From NCBI RefSeq assembly GCF_026210795.1, contig NC_089431.1, forward strand, positions 4,278,001 through 4,342,000: a stretch of DNA of 64,000 nucleotides, in the 5' to 3' direction. The notes below the pieces were generated by a model. That model was given only the letters and a program-made list of their open reading frames with translations, made no database searches and was not told where the DNA came from. The translations under genes were made by a program, and so were the position numbers. Positions 1 to 14,771 of this stretch are shown one piece after another. The stretch's first letter is position 1; every line of letters begins with the position of its first letter. This DNA comes from Rhizophagus irregularis (Eukaryota).

Positions 1-1499
1 TATACATTGCAATTAATTCGTCTTCGCTCGAAGAGAAATTCCCTCCATTGAGTCATTTCTATGTATCAGGGTATTTACTTTCCGTAATTTAAGGTAGCTT
101 GGTCCAAAATGAAAGTCATGATCTTTTTCTTTTTTTTATTAATCGTTTTAGTTCACTTAACGTTTCGTCTGTGTTGATTTTAATTGAGAAAATATTGTCA
201 ACGTTTGGAGTTTTCCGTATTTCTGAACATTAGTAAACCCATCGTGGTCCAACCATATAAACATGAATTCAATAACACGTGCACACGGGCACAATAACAT
301 CATTAATTTCGTTATTCCACGTTGATTTTGCCAATATTTAGTGTTAGTAAAAAAACTCGATCACTTAACTTCCAATCTAGTCTAGGCATTCAGGAAGGTT
401 TGACCAGAGCTCACTAGTTCTGGTATCACCAAAGGGGAATCCAAGAAATTTGAATTTATAGATAATGCATTATAGCAGTATTATAGCTTGCAATAATGAC
501 TACTAGTAATAAATTGCAAGTATTTATGTAAGACAAATTTTCTTATTAATTAATCCTCTTTTTTGTATATACCACTCTTAGACTAGGTTATAGTGCCACT
601 CTATAATCTACTGTACTCCAGCTATTTTATTAAGTCATTGCCATGTGACACTCTGAATAATGTTTAGAGTATCACGTGTTATTCGCAGGACTATTTAATT
701 GTTTTCTGCTTTTTTAGAAACATTAAATTACTGTGGATTATCAACAAAGTGAACTATATCCTCGACTAAGACTAGTCAAATATTCGATGATATTGATAGC
801 TGTTAATGATGATATAATTATATTGTATTTTTGTTGTCGCTCATTACCCTCTTCATCATTTACGAAAAATAGTGTTGTTAATAACCATCAAAATCTATAC
901 GTAAAATAAAATAATAATATATCCTAAATTATTGAACTAATCCTAATCATTACATCATAATTACATAATTATTAATCAAGGGGTTGATGTAATCTACACG
1001 AAAATGCTGGATCGGTGAATCCTATTGTTGTCAACTGGGTTGTAAATATTATTTCGATTTGAAGTTTCGATTTAATTAAAAATTTTGATTTATTTGATTT
1101 ATTTCAATTTCTGTCAGAATTAAGGTTCAATTCAGTGGAATTAAGTGTTTATTTCTGTCTTGTAATCGATAAAATTCAAGGAGGAACGATAACTCATAAT
1201 ATAAATTATCGTCAAAATATTTAATTTTCTGATATTCTTCAAAATTCTAAAAAATTAATTGGTTTATGTTTAATTTATAAAAATATTTATGCCGTACAAA
1301 AAACAAAAAAATTCAGATTGTTATTATACTTAATGATCGAAAATCGAAAATACATTGTTTACGTAATATTTAATACTGTATTGTCATAAAGAGGGAAAAT
1401 TGGATTCCAACATTAAATACTGTAATATCGATTTTTAATTTTTCATACTTTTTTTTAAATACAAACTCTACTTTAGAAATACTAATAATACCATTATTT

Positions 1500-2480
1500 T
1501 AAATTATACAAAATTTAAATTTATACATATAATTCAAATACCTTTCGTTAAATTGTCCTTCCCTTAAACTATTTTTTGCTTTATAGAAATTCTTCAGAAA
1601 TCATCAAAACTAGAACTTAGCTTTTCTTTCAATTGCTTTGGTAAGTTTTGGCTTATATACCAAATGCAATGTACGTGGAAAGACTGAAAAGTGTTTGGAA
1701 ATTGTATTGTTACTGCGGCATTAACCGCAGGATCACCATCAGTTACAAAACCTTTGGTGACACCACCAGTTGCTTCTTTTACACATTAAAAAACCCATTC
1801 ATAGGAAGTTGTGTTTCATCATCAACAATTGCTTGTGCTACAATTCGTGTCTTTAAATTATTGTCTGAAGTAACAAAGAGAGATAATGGGTGATTATACA
1901 GGTTGGTTTTTGTAAGTATTATCATGCATTATCACGTCATGATACAAAATCTGTTGCCCGGGACTCATCCAAAAAAAGATGGGTTAATGAAGGATCAAAT
2001 TTCATTGAAATTATCCATCATGGATCCTCAGGTTTTTATCATTTTAAAAGCCTTTTTAATAACATTCTTGCATCATCTTCACCTGGTATTGATTTACTGA
2101 TGGCATCATAAAGATTCGGTCAGTATATTCTCGTCTTAAATTTTTCTCGAATAATCCGATATTGTTGTATTTACTTTAGCAATAACCGACAGTTAGAAAC
2201 CGAATTTCTTCAAGGAACTCTTCTGATAATTTTCGTAATGTTGGAACAAATTGACTTGCTGATGGATGACATTCATGTCCGATATGTTGGTCATTGAATT
2301 TTGTGACTTCAAGATAACCCTTGCTCTTTTTAACCCATATATTAACTTTCCATGGACATTCTACTCAACAAGATGATACACTTGTTACTACATGAAATGT
2401 TTTATCGACGTAAAGCTTTGAGGTGTCACTCTTGTCGGTATTTTCTACTTCTATTATGTTTTCGTTGCATACGTCATCGG
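1500..2480 (-). pseudogene. Degraded Mutator (MULE)/FAR1-like transposase
   Basis: Minus-strand fragments WVKKSKGYLEVTKFNDQHIGHECHP (FAR1/WRKY-like), YHDVIMHDNTYK, LYNHPLSLFV, GFVTDGDPAV and HVHCIWYISQN match MULE DDE motifs. Several frameshifts and stops; boundaries approximate. Confidence 0.78.
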
Positions 2481-4149
2481 ATATACTGTCATGTGATCAT
2501 CATGTGCCACTCCGAAATTGATCGATGTTGCAAATGTTTAACATGATTAATATGCCGAACATGATTAACATGTCGAACCTAATTAACATGTTGGTTATGA
2601 TCAACGTATTGAACATGTTAGTCATATTATACATAGTAGATATGTTAAATTTATTAGTATATGTATAATTTATTATAAATATAGGTCAATTTTCTTGTAG
2701 TAAAGTAAGGGAATAAATAAAGTTTTATTTTAAAGTTATAAATTGATAAGTTTTTATCAAGTGAAATCCTTTATTCGTGTTTGGAAGTATATGCCGACGT
2801 ACAGCGCTATACAACACGTCTGATCGGATAATTTTGATATATTGTTTAATACATTGTCTAATTATAACACTAATAAACCTTCTGCTACCTAACCACATAA
2901 ATTGCTTAATATTTTTAAGCGTAAAGAACTGATACAACAATACTATTCAAGAAAAAAAAATCCCACAGGTCTTATTTTTTTCATTAAGACAATTTTATGA
3001 AAAAGGCAAATTTATTAGTTATTACTCGCCTGTTAGTATCAGAAAAATCATCTCCAATAAAGTCTCGAACTCTGCATTTTGAATGGTTTCTTTCATATTT
3101 TGGTATAAATCGTAGTATTTTGTAGGGTGCTTAATTGTATTTATTTAATGAAAATAAAACAAAAGGAATGATTCGAAAACTGGGATACACTATATTATAT
3201 ATAACGTTGAGCTCTATGGAAAAAAAAAGCTTTCGCCAAGAAACTAGTGTATTATGAAATGTATGACAATCTTGTAATACGTATACGTATGATAATTGCG
3301 TGATAAAATGTATGATAAGACGTGATATTTACAAACTGTCACTTATTACAAGTAATAGTATATCGTAGAGCACTGACTAAACTACCCCAAATTTTGTAAG
3401 AAAGCCGGGTATTTTATATAGTTAATTTTTTTTTGAACTGGAAAATAGCCAATTTTACTTGTATTTATTGTATTTATCAAAATTTTATATTTATTTGTTT
3501 ATAAATGAATTTTTTTTATTTAGATTTTTATATCTTTATCATTACAACCATTAAATTCATCCCAAACCAAAAAAAATCAATACATAATACCCCCTACCCG
3601 GGTATTTTGCAAATTTGGGAGTGGATTTGTTGATATTTACAAATTTAAGAATTTATTACGCGTGATACACTTTGTATTACATCAATTTTACTATCGCAAA
3701 CTACATTTTGCCAAAATTTATCTTGTAAAAATCTTCATTGTACGAAAATCAGATTCGTTTTAATGCATATAAAGGATTATTTTGTTTATGCGAGTTATTC
3801 AGTATGAAAAGAACTTTTTCATATGTTAAAATCGGTACCATACTGAAGATTTGTTGTATTGTGAAATTCATTATATCAAAATTCGGCTATAAAAAGAGTT
3901 GACTATTTACATTTTACTGTTTCCTGTATCATTAAAACTTCCTTTATTTAATATACTTTAAATGATTTTCACTAAACTATTTTATTTGATGAGTTAATAA
4001 ATTGTAATTTTAGAACAGCAGTTATACCAACTTAGCTTTTATTTTAATTAAAACTTAGATCGGTTTATAATATGTATTAATTTATAACAAAGATAAAAAA
4101 AAATATAAAACTAACTCCCCAACTTACATGCCAAAGACTATAGCAAGTA

Positions 4150-4879
4150 GCGAATTCAACCCTTTTATGTTCTTCATAAATGTTTTTCAAAGAGTAAGAA
4201 TGATTGAGAAGTAAATTCAATGACTATCAATTTGAAATACTTCACATTCTTTTACATCGAAATGAATTTCACTTATTTGAAGATTATCATTTTGAATAAT
4301 TGAGATCAAAAGTTTTTCTGGAAATTGAAGAGAAATTTGGTGATTTGAATATCTTAATTGGCTCTTTAGATATTAAACTAATACAATATTTTTGAAGTTC
4401 TGAGAATGAATCATTTTCAAACTTATTTGATAAACGAAATTAAAATTATTCTCCATACAGTTTTCTTTGTTTTTGATCAAAAAAAATTGTAAATATAAAA
4501 CTAATTCATGAAGACTAAGTTCACTAGCGGCAACTAGGACCTTAATTACATCCGAATTATCATAATCAATTAAAGAGAGTTTCCACCATAAATATACCTA
4601 AAATAAAAAAATTATACATTATTAATAAATCAATAAAAAGAATAACCTGAATATCATTTGTTTACCTTAAAATTATTTGATGAAATATTTGATAATTTGA
4701 TATGTGCCAAAGTTCCATCATTTTTCTTTTCATTAGTTGACAAAATTCTACGCAAGTAAGGAGATCGATAATGTAAAAATAACCATACCAATTTCAATAA
4801 TAATATCATAATATTATTCATCATTTAATATTTCAAGTAAATTTTGTGATAATTTTGGTAAAGTTTCATTATCCTCCAT
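4150..4879 (-). pseudogene. BTB/POZ-BACK domain pseudogene
   Basis: ATG at 4879 gives MEDNETLPKLSQNLLEILNDE*YYDIIIEIG, later ENDSFSELQKYCISLISKEPIKIFKSPNFSSI. Paralogous to 26796-28238, with stops and deletions. 3' limit approximate. Confidence 0.8.
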
Positions 4880-5018
4880 GTTTTATAATTTTGGCGTTAA
4901 AAGAAGGAAAGAAAAAGAATTAATTCAAATTTGTAAATGTTCGGCCTTATAATTTGTATTTGTACGACATTATTTTTAAATAATGTAGCTATGATTTGAC
5001 GTTTGAGTGAATCGATTA

Positions 5019-5484
5019 TTGCCGTTTTCAGAAATGTTGACAATCTGAAATTTTGACCATTTTATACCGAACACACCGAACACACCGAACACACCGTGAA
5101 CACATACAAAAAATTATGCAAACTTGAAGTATTCATGCATAACTTTATATAAAAACTATTTTTGTCACTTTTTAGATATGAATAAAATTGAAAATATGAA
5201 AATTTGTACCGAACACACACCGAACACAAACGAACACACCAAACACACCGAACATTGGCAAATACAAGCAAATACAAGTGAATACATATATGCAAATAAT
5301 ATAATTTTTATACATTTTTTTATGCACACTACCTAAAAATATATTACTAAAGTTTTAATTTTGCTTTTTTTAAAGGAAAATTTGTTTTTTTTTTAATTTT
5401 AATTGCTGTGTTCGGTGTGTGTTCGGTGTGTTCGATTTATAGAAATGATCGACATTCTAATGTCAACATTTCTGAAAACGGCAA
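5019..5484. mobile_element. MITE with TIRs and CCGAACACA subterminal repeats
   Basis: Perfect 27-bp inverted repeat ttattgccgttttcagaaatgttgaca (5016-5042 / 5461-5487) including flanking TA. ccgaacaca arrays inside the left end appear inverted (gtgttcgg) near the right end. Confidence 0.8.
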
Positions 5485-6739
5485 TAAATGTTATTATTAG
5501 AATTTGTTCATTTCATATATTATTATTCTTTTGATACTCATTTTACTCGAATAAATCATTAATTTAACTAAACCATTTGAATTAAAATCTTTATTCAAAA
5601 ATCTGGTATGGATTTGGTTATAATAGTCTATTATTAAATCAACAATTTCTTTAATTATAATAATTAATTATAAAATATTGTAAAAATATCAATTTTTTTT
5701 GATTTTTATGAATTTGAAAATCAAACTATTTATCCAGCGTTCAATTTAATTGAAAAAAAAAAATCTTAATTATCTTTCTATCAACGTCAGTCAATTTTCC
5801 TACATGTTATATTGATTTTTTTTAAAAAAATAATAATTTTGTAAATATATTTAATATAATATTTTATTTCTTTATTTAATGATAAAAAAAAAATTGAAAG
5901 AAAAAAGAAAAAAATTAAAAAAAAAATTTGAGGGAAAGAAAAAGGATATAGAAAGAAACCGGTTTAAAAAAATGGAAATTTCCGAAAAAAAAGGAATCTG
6001 AAAAAAAAAAAAAAGTACTGAAAAAAATTCCTGAAAAAAAAGGACAATAATTCGGTCCAAAAAAGAGTGAAAATTTTTTTTTTAAAAAAAATAACAATAC
6101 GGTCTAAAAAAAAAGATCAATATAAAAAAAAATCGGTCTTAAAAAGATCGAAACAATGGGATTATTTAAAAAATAATTTTTCAGTTTGGGGAAAAAATTA
6201 AACCTAAACGGGGAAAAAACATTTTTCATCGAATAGTTTTTAACCATAAATAAATTAGGCAGAGGCATGTCACGGGGTTTAATTATATGGCATGGGATTT
6301 CAAGTTACACAATTCAAATTAACCCAAACGTCAGACAAATTTTTTTATACAATTTTCCTGTAAAATTATTAATATCAAGTTAACAACCTTTTTTAAACAG
6401 TTTGTATTTCGAAATCATTAATTAGCTATCACGTTTTCAGTTTTTTCTGCAATTACAGATTTACAGTATAACGAAACATTAATATTTATTTAAGTAAAAT
6501 TTGATAAAAATAAATCTAAAAAAGAATGTTAAAGAAGAATTTATAGAAATTCTTAAATTCGACATTAAAAAATTTTTAAAATATAATTTGTTGAATTAAT
6601 TATTCGTCAGTAACGATCTTCCTTATTAAATTCAGTTATTTATAGTACGAAACAACAAGGATTGGGATGAAGGATAAAAGGAAGAATAATTTTGAATTAT
6701 GAATAACCTGATTATTTATTTCTTGACGGATTTAATTAA

Positions 6740-7656
6740 AAGGTTGTAATGATGACTTTGAACAATTAGACAATTGAACTATTGGACTTTGATAAAGTCC
6801 AAATCCAAATTTTATTGGATAAATTGTCACTTTTATATTATTATTAATTATTCTAAATAAACATATATAAAAATTTATTTCGAAGATTTAGAAGAATCAA
6901 AAATAATTAACAAATTGTTTTTATTTACAAAATTATTAAGCTTGAAATAAAATTGTTGGATTAATAATATTAATGAATTAACTCAAAAGTACTGGATTAT
7001 AAGAATCCAATTGGACTTGGAATGGACTATCTCCAATTAGTCCAAGTCCAATAGTCCAAATTTTTCAATTGGACTCCCATAACTGGTTTAACTCAAGTGG
7101 TAAATGGAATTGTAAAATTCTCTAAAATAATTTTTAACAGATGATAAAAGGACAGATAAAAAAGATTTAAATTATAATTTTGATCGCTTAAATAATTCAA
7201 TATGTTGAGAACAAACGTTATTAGAGCATTCCCTATAAAAAAGAAACTTCCTATAATGTCCGGAAAGCGCCGGACGTACGGAATACATGAAAACTTTTTT
7301 TTTTAAGAAAAAAAAAATATTTTTGTTGTGGACTATTTAAATTAACTGAGTTGTAAATATTTTTCTCTTGTAACAATTGATTAATAGGCGCAATACGAAT
7401 TTTTCCCAAAAAAAAGTTCATTATATCGGGCGTTCACTGTTAATAAAGATTAGATAAAATAATATTATTTAAATTGTTATTACATGAATAGAAATGAGAC
7501 AAGAACACACATGCCTGTGAGGATTTTTCAAGAGTGGATTAACCGCTAAAGGAATGTGGCTTTGATATTCAAATGAAATCATGACATCAGACTTAACGCC
7601 TTTTAGCAGATCATTTTCGTTTTAAATAATTGTACAAATCTAATCTCATATCTGAA
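6740..7656 (+). repeat. Dispersed direct repeat, copy 1 (~0.9 kb)
   Basis: Colinear with 24144-25016 from aaggttgtaatgatgacttt to aatctcatatctgaa, with several small indels. Confidence 0.93.
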
Positions 7657-8649
7657 GCACTTTAGCAATTACATATTTAATGTCATCCTTAGTTATAGTT
7701 GAAAGTGAAAAGGTTTTAATCCTTCCTATCATAGCCCTACCCACATTGATGCTGTCTTTCAAAGCCAGAGAAAAAAATGCCAAGACTTTGATGTTACCAA
7801 TGGTAACGGTTTTTGCCAAGAAAAATTCACATGAATTAACTGACACAAAATGTATCCCTGATTTATTGATATAAAAAATCAATTACAGGATTCGGTAATA
7901 CATGAACTTGTTTTACTATCTATATACTAACACAATATCCCAACATTAACTCTAATCCGACTCAACATCGGTATTCTGGATAAAATGTTTGTCAGTTATG
8001 CATAGAACATGTAGAGTCAGAAGTAAATTAACAATGTTAAAACTCACCGAAAAGTCTATGTTCTCCGCCTAATAAGGTCCCCGAAATTTCTGATATTAAC
8101 TTTGCGAGCTCCGAGTCACTTCCGAGTCGCTTCCTTGCAAATGCACAACCACAACCGAAAATATATTTCGTTCATACCTTAATTTCTTTCAAACTGCGAT
8201 AGGTCGGTTGGTTCATGCTCGGAGAAAATAGTACGACGGCTTGGAGAAAAAAAGCTCCCACTGATTTGTCAAATACGGTCAATCGTATGACCACTCGTAC
8301 GACATGAAAATCACGTAACTTTTTTTAATAAATACTCATTTACTTGAGTCATTTGATTAATTTTGATTAATTTAAATAATTTACAATCTGAGTATTAATT
8401 ATTATTTGCTGTCACTACAAGAGTCTATAACGATGTATTCAGAATGATACACCTGACCTAGTAATTTAATGATGTATCATGTATCAATAAGCCGATTTTG
8501 ATCAAATTAAGGATCAATTTTTTTGATTCAAATTAAAGGATCAACTTTTTTGATTTCAAAACAAGGAACAAATTCTCTTCTTTTTCTTTTATCGGATCTT
8601 TTTTTATCTCCCAAGAAACTCTCTCAAACTTCTTTTATATTCGTTTCTA

Positions 8650-10222
8650 ATGTCTTCCTTCATTAATAATCAAATACGATGCAAAAAATATATACTTATA
8701 TTTACGTTTATATTTATGTTTTTGACGTTGCATCTCTTTTTCTATTTTTATTCCTCGAAATCATTTACAAACTCTTCACCTCCCCTCCACATCTCCGAAA
8801 CGTCTTTTTTGTCTATTTTTCTTTCCTCTGCGGTGGGCATTTTGGCATCTATTCTTCTCTTTTTTGTATCAGGAGATGTCCTATACGCTTGTTGTCGTAG
8901 CTTGTATAATGAGAATCTTTTAAACAAAACCGTGGAAAAGGGCACTCAACCTAAAATTGATATCTCAAATGATGAATTCGTTTCTCGACCTCAAGTTGTA
9001 GAACGGATTAAAGAAATTCTTCAACCACATAAAAATCATTCGTATTATCATTTGATCTGTGGTGAACACGGGACAGGAAAAACTACATTAGCCAGGATCG
9101 CTTCAAGTGAGGTTGGGTGTGGCGTTATATATGTTGATATCCCCGCGGATTTAAGTGGATTAGATAAGGCCTTTGGAAAAGCAATTAATTTCGCATCTGA
9201 GAAAATTTCTATTACTGGACAATGGTTGCGTAAAATCAAATCGGATGGTAAGTTTCCATCATTACTTTATTGTTAATAATAACCATTTTGATTCCTATTT
9301 TCTTTGTAGTAGATACACCTAAGATTTCTGAATGTGCAAAAGCTTTGAAAACCTTCAGACACGCTAGCGAAGTGTACAAAGCCAAGCATGATAAGCCAAT
9401 GGTTATTGTTTACGACAATGTTAGTTACTTGGTTCATAAAAATCCAAAAATCCTCGACATTCTCCAGGATGACGCGAAGCACAGTGCTGATGATCGAAAA
9501 TACATCGCTGTATTTGTCTGCAGTGAAGGGAGTGTACCCCAGAGAATGGAATGTAAGTACTGACATGATTTTTTTGTGTTCTTGAAAAAATAGTATTATT
9601 TACAGATCATAAATCTTATTTTAGCTCGCAGTGCCTGGTCACGCGCAAAAACGCCTGTAATGGAAATTGGTGACCTTAGCAAGGAAGAATCGATGGAATA
9701 TTTGATTAAGAAGCGCAAGATAAAGGAAGTAGATGTGAAAAAATTATTTGATTTAGTTGGGGGTCGTATCATAGAGCTAAAGACTGTGGCGGATGACTTC
9801 TTGAAAGGACAAGAATTCGAAGGTAGTATCATCATTTTCAAATTTACACAATTTTGTTCTGGATCAATTGCTTAATAATTTCTTTTGCAGTCGTTAAAAA
9901 ACAAGTCTTAAACAAAGTTGAAAAAACATTTCGATCTGCAGAACTCCTTCCGAATGGTCTATATTACGAAGTGGGAAAAAGTATTATCGGTGATTTGTTG
10001 AATTCTAATAACAAATCTAATGAGCTTAGCTTTTTAGATTTTAATAAATATTTTGATAAGACTGAGAAATTAAATGAAGTGTTAGGAAGCAATATATTTT
10101 CATATCATCCCGAAAAAAACGTTGTGACCTTCCAATCTCAATCAGTAAAATGTTATGTTCATGAAAATGCTGACATATTCTCCGTGCCTGGTTCACATAT
10201 TAAAATTATAGAAGTTAACTAG
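8650..10222 (+). CDS. Membrane-anchored P-loop (AAA-type) ATPase, 4 exons
   Basis: Two N-terminal hydrophobic segments, Walker A GEHGTGKT, Walker B-like VIVYDN. GT-AG introns at about 9248-9312, 9553-9624 and 9823-9890 join the track ORFs. Confidence 0.82.
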
Positions 10223-10673
10223 AAATTTTCAAAATGACATATGTACAAATAATGTAATTAATGCATAATGCAATAAAAAAAAAATTTCAAATTGAGTAAT
10301 ATTTTATTAATAATTTTTAGAAGCAAATGAAATATGTGATGTTATCAAAGAGGGAGAGAGTACGCGGATCCTAGGCCATTTAATGCGAGTTCCAGCATCA
10401 ACTTCCACAACTAATTTATTTCTATCACTATTGCTAACTATGAGAATCTCACTCCCACACTCTTTTATTATACTAGATTTTTGAAATAAATTTTCCCGCA
10501 CATATCTACAAAGTTTCCGTCTATCTATATCACTGTTGGAACAGACTATATAAAAGATTATTTCCCGTGAAGAAAACTTCCCCGAGATTAAGTAATTTCG
10601 AATCTACAAGCATAAATTCGTGAGATTAGAGATTAGCAACTGAGGTAAAAAAATATTTCCGATTCACACTTAC

Positions 10674-10937
10674 CATTACTATTAATTTTCGCAACGTTCC
10701 ATTCTGTCTGAAATTTATTAATGCATTCAGTTTGACCTTAATAAATTTTAGTTAATAAACATTGACATCCTAAAATTCTTATTATTCTTATTACAAATTA
10801 CAAACTATTTAATTGATAACATACCATCATCATTATTATATTCAAACTTTCGTTTAAATTTTTCTAAGTTAACAGATTGACTTCTTAAACTCCATAAAGA
10901 CATTGCAGAATTAATCATACCACTTAAAGGTCTACTT
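10674..10937 (-). pseudogene. C-terminal tail of the split protein kinase
   Basis: Reads SRPLSGMINSAMSLWSLRSQSVNLEKFKRKFEYNNDD, then a GT-AG intron and a short exon. Continues in frame from GAIYR at 23761 once 10938-23759 and one TT are removed. Confidence 0.78.
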
Positions 10938-11239
10938 CTTTGCTGAAACCTCGGATTTAGTGACTTTAACACTTCTGTCATGTGACTATCATGTGACTAT
11001 AGAGTCGATCGCTAGTGGCATTTTTTTCGTTTCGACTGTCCAGTTTCTACCTCACTACTTTATATTTTCTACATGGAGGTAATATGAAACTTTAATTATT
11101 TTTTAATTTTGATAAATACGTTTTTATTTTTGAAAAATACAATTATTTTTTTAGAAAAATTATGGAATTATATAGATTCTAGCTTTTCACTTCATATCTT
11201 CTATATAGCGACAATAAATCATTTATTAATTTTAATGAA

Positions 11240-11590
11240 TATATTCGAAAATAAAATAAAATGTATTAGTATTATTAAAATGTATATGTATATTATTATA
11301 ATAATATTTAAATAAATATAGTATTATTAAAATGTATTAATTAAAATGTATAGTATTATTACGAATCAGTCAAATCATTGTAAAATTTAGACATTATGAA
11401 ATGCATTATAATAAATATATAATAAAAATTCTATAAATTTAAATAATAAATTTAAATATAAGATATATCGATATAATAAAAATTCTATAAATTTAATTAA
11501 TAAATATAAATAAATTGTGTAATTAAACATAGGATATATCGATATAATAAAAATTCTATAATTGTAATTAAACATAAGATATATCGATAC
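11240..11590. repeat. Left subterminal AT-rich repeats of the 12.8-kb element
   Basis: Repeated tagtattattaaaatgta and gatatatcgatataataaaaattctataa units. Confidence 0.6.
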
Positions 11591-12259
11591 ATATAGTTGG
11601 GGCTTCATAAACCTCGTAGCCGCGCTTATTTAAGGCAATGTATTACTAGACCTACGCTAAAGATAACTTTAGCAAGGCTTTCTTTGTGAATTAAAAGAAA
11701 TTTCATACACCCTGCCAGCTGGTGAGCAAGCTTATGAAGTAACCCACATTAACACCCCACATTAACACCAATAAACAAAACTTCGTACAAATATTTAACG
11801 AAATTCCTAACTCTAAGTAAATTGCAAGTATTCTAAAAAGAAGAAAAAAATAAAGAACAATTAGTAAACATTCGTTAAAGGAAACAAATTAAAATAGAAA
11901 AAATAAATACTTTCGTTCATAATCACATGATATCAATCGATGATCATGATTTGCACCTTACGACTCGTACAGACGATCCCGGAAAAATTACAGCCGAATA
12001 TAAGGAATATGATCGCTAAGAGACCTGAATTTTAAAAAAATAATTCAACTATCTAGATTCATCTAAAGAGCAAATATTCGCCGGAAATCATCCAAATTTT
12101 TAAGTTTCTTACTCTTATCATTAGTTTTTTTTAAAAAAGAGACGAAAAGAACGATAAAATATAATTGTTTCAATTAAGAACGTAAAAGATATAAGAGATA
12201 TGTAAAATAAATGTATGAAATATATAATATTATGCAGCTCATAAAGAATAAATGAATTA

Positions 12260-14748
12260 CAGTCTGCCCTCGATATAACGAATTTGGTGTCCGGGCCGAT
12301 CAGGCCTTCGTAATACAAAAATTCGGTAACACTATAACGAAATATTCGGTATATCATAGCGAATAATCGGTATGCCACTATAACGAATTTTCATTATATT
12401 ATACCGAATATTCATTAAAAATTTATTATTATTTATTTTAAGAGATAACTATAAATAATAAATTACGCGATTTTTAAATTTTTAACAACATTTTATTATA
12501 CTGAATTATTTATGAAAATGTAACAAAAATTGAGCCTCTTAATTACACGAATAAATTTACTCAATTATATTAATATAACTATCAAGATTAGTCTGTTTTG
12601 CAGAAATAAACCGTTGTTTTAAAGCTTCTTTTTTTAGCTTTTTAACAAATTTCAACTCTTCTTTTTTTGTATCAAAACCGTCTTCCTGTTGCTCCAAATA
12701 TAAAATCACCTTATCATAAAATTCAATAGCTTCATTATGAGTAATGGTTGGTAAAGGAATCTCCTCTACTTCCTCTTCTTGATTATTATTGGGAAGAACG
12801 GTTTTCAAAATTTCTTCATTGGATATCATTTCCGTTGTAATTTCTTCCCTATCACATTGAATAAATTCTTCAGCAGTAAAAGGTTTTTCAAAATCAAGTT
12901 TATCAATCAACATTTGAATCTCTTCCAATTCCTTAATATGTGTAAGATAAATTTGAGTATCGGCATGGTCATTGGAGTCATGGTCATCATGGACATGATC
13001 ATCATGCTCACGATCATCATCTCTAACTTCGTCTCCATCATCATCTTTAGGCAGGATATCCGCTTTTAGCCAACAGTTTTCAATGGTAGTTTTTGTAACA
13101 CTATCCCATGCACGTGCAACATATTTGATGCATTTTTTAATATTAATTTCAACGGGTTCAGTGCCATATTCATTAAAATTATCATATGATTTGACTCGAT
13201 TGTGTAAATATAGCTTTCGATATTGTGCCTAAAATAAACAACGAATTTTTAAAATTTCAAGTATAAAACATTACTACATTCTGAATTGAATGTTCATTAA
13301 TTGAAGCTTACCTTGAAGCTATTTATAATACCTTGATCACATGGTTGGAGGTGTGCAGTAGTGTTTGGAGGAAGAAATTCAAGCGTGATATTTGTAAGGC
13401 GTGTGGTTTCAAATAGGGCATGAGTTGGAGCATTGTCGACTAAAAGAAGAATATTTCGACCTTGTGTTCTCATTCGAGCATCAAGTTTTTTAAGATATTG
13501 GTTCCAGATCGAAACTTGCATCCAACTTTTTGGATTCCAGTGATAATCTACTGGAAGAGTTTTCTTATTGATGTTTTTGAGGGCTCGAGGGTTTTCATAT
13601 TTGTGTATGAATAATGGACATAATTTTTCACTCCCAGTTGCATTGCAAGTAAGCAAAACAGTTACACGATCTTTTGACTGTTTTGTTCCAGAAATTGGGG
13701 CATTAGAAATTGTACGACTAGGTCGCATTTTCCAAAAAAGACCTGTCTCATCACAATTAAAGATGTCTTCAGGGGCATAATTCTTTAAAACTCTACGAAT
13801 TTCTTCATGCATTGTATCAAGTTCTTGAACAGGTGCACTTGCTGCTTCTCCATGCATGTTGTATTGCCTAAGATTGTGCCGCTTTTTGAAATTGTCAACC
13901 CAACCATTTGACCCTTTGAATTTATCTTCTCCACACAAAAAAGCAAGCTCTAAGGCCTTGCTTGAAAGAATATCATCATTGATGATAAGACTGGCTTGAA
14001 GTGCACTTTCTACCCAAAGAGTTAAAGCCTCTTCAATGATAGGAAAAGGAATCTTTTTTTCGCGTCGTAATCCAGCTTGATGTGAATCAAGATCTACAAC
14101 AAGCCAACGGTCTTTTTCCTTTAAAATATCACTGATCATTCCTTCACTAACCTCATATTCGTTGGCTAGTTCTTTTTGTTTTAAGGAGGGAGTAGAAATT
14201 TTTTTCAAACAAATTTCTTTCTTTTGTGCTGCTGTAAGAGATTTACGTTTTCTGGGGATTCCATTAAGTTGTTTATTACCAGGTTTTACAGATTTGGCTT
14301 TTGGCATTTTTAAAAAATATCCAGAGTAACAATGAAGTGTAAAATAAAATATGAAGTATGAAAGTATCCATTATAAATTAATTTTATGATGTGTGGTTAC
14401 TACATTGAGAAAATATTTCATGATAAATAGTCCTTTATAGTAAGATTCATTTCGCAAAAATTCTTCGGTATATTCATAAAAATTCAAAAAATTCGTTATA
14501 AAAAATAATTCTTCGGTATATTCATAAAAAAATCAGAAAAAATCCGTTATAAAAAAAATCCGTTATAAAAAGGATCATTTTATATAAGCATGTTCACACA
14601 CTTTATTTCGTTAAACGTTGTACAAAATTTAATTAGTAAAGTTCGGTTTGACAAGGTTTTTTTCATATGTCAAAATCTGTACCACGCTAAAGATCCGCTA
14701 TATCGTGTTATTCGTTATATCAAAATTCGCTATAAAAAGGGCAGACTG
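12260..14748 (-). mobile_element. pogo/Tigger-type Tc1-mariner transposon, 2489 bp, nested
   Basis: TIRs cagtctgccctcgatataacgaattt / aaattcgctataaaaagggcagactg (22/26). TA at 12258-59 and 14749-50. Confidence 0.93.
12557..14307 (-). CDS. pogo transposase (CENP-B-like HTH + DDE_1, DD32D), 2 exons, 555 aa
   Basis: Exons 14307-13312 and 13228-12557 with a GT-AG intron translate without stops. Motifs FKGSNGW, NCDETG, LLVDNAPTH, LQPCDQGII. Confidence 0.92.
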
Positions 14749-14771
14749 TAATTAATTAATTAAAATATATT

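Noticed and set aside
3381..3625. Degenerate inverted repeat (cccaaattt...ccgggtatt), with a similar motif near 54740-54875
   Set aside because: Probably an old MITE, but the ends and TSD cannot be defined.
5870..6230. ORFs in an A-rich tract
   Set aside because: Homopolymer-dominated low-complexity sequence, possibly low-quality consensus. The Phe/Lys-rich translations are artefacts.
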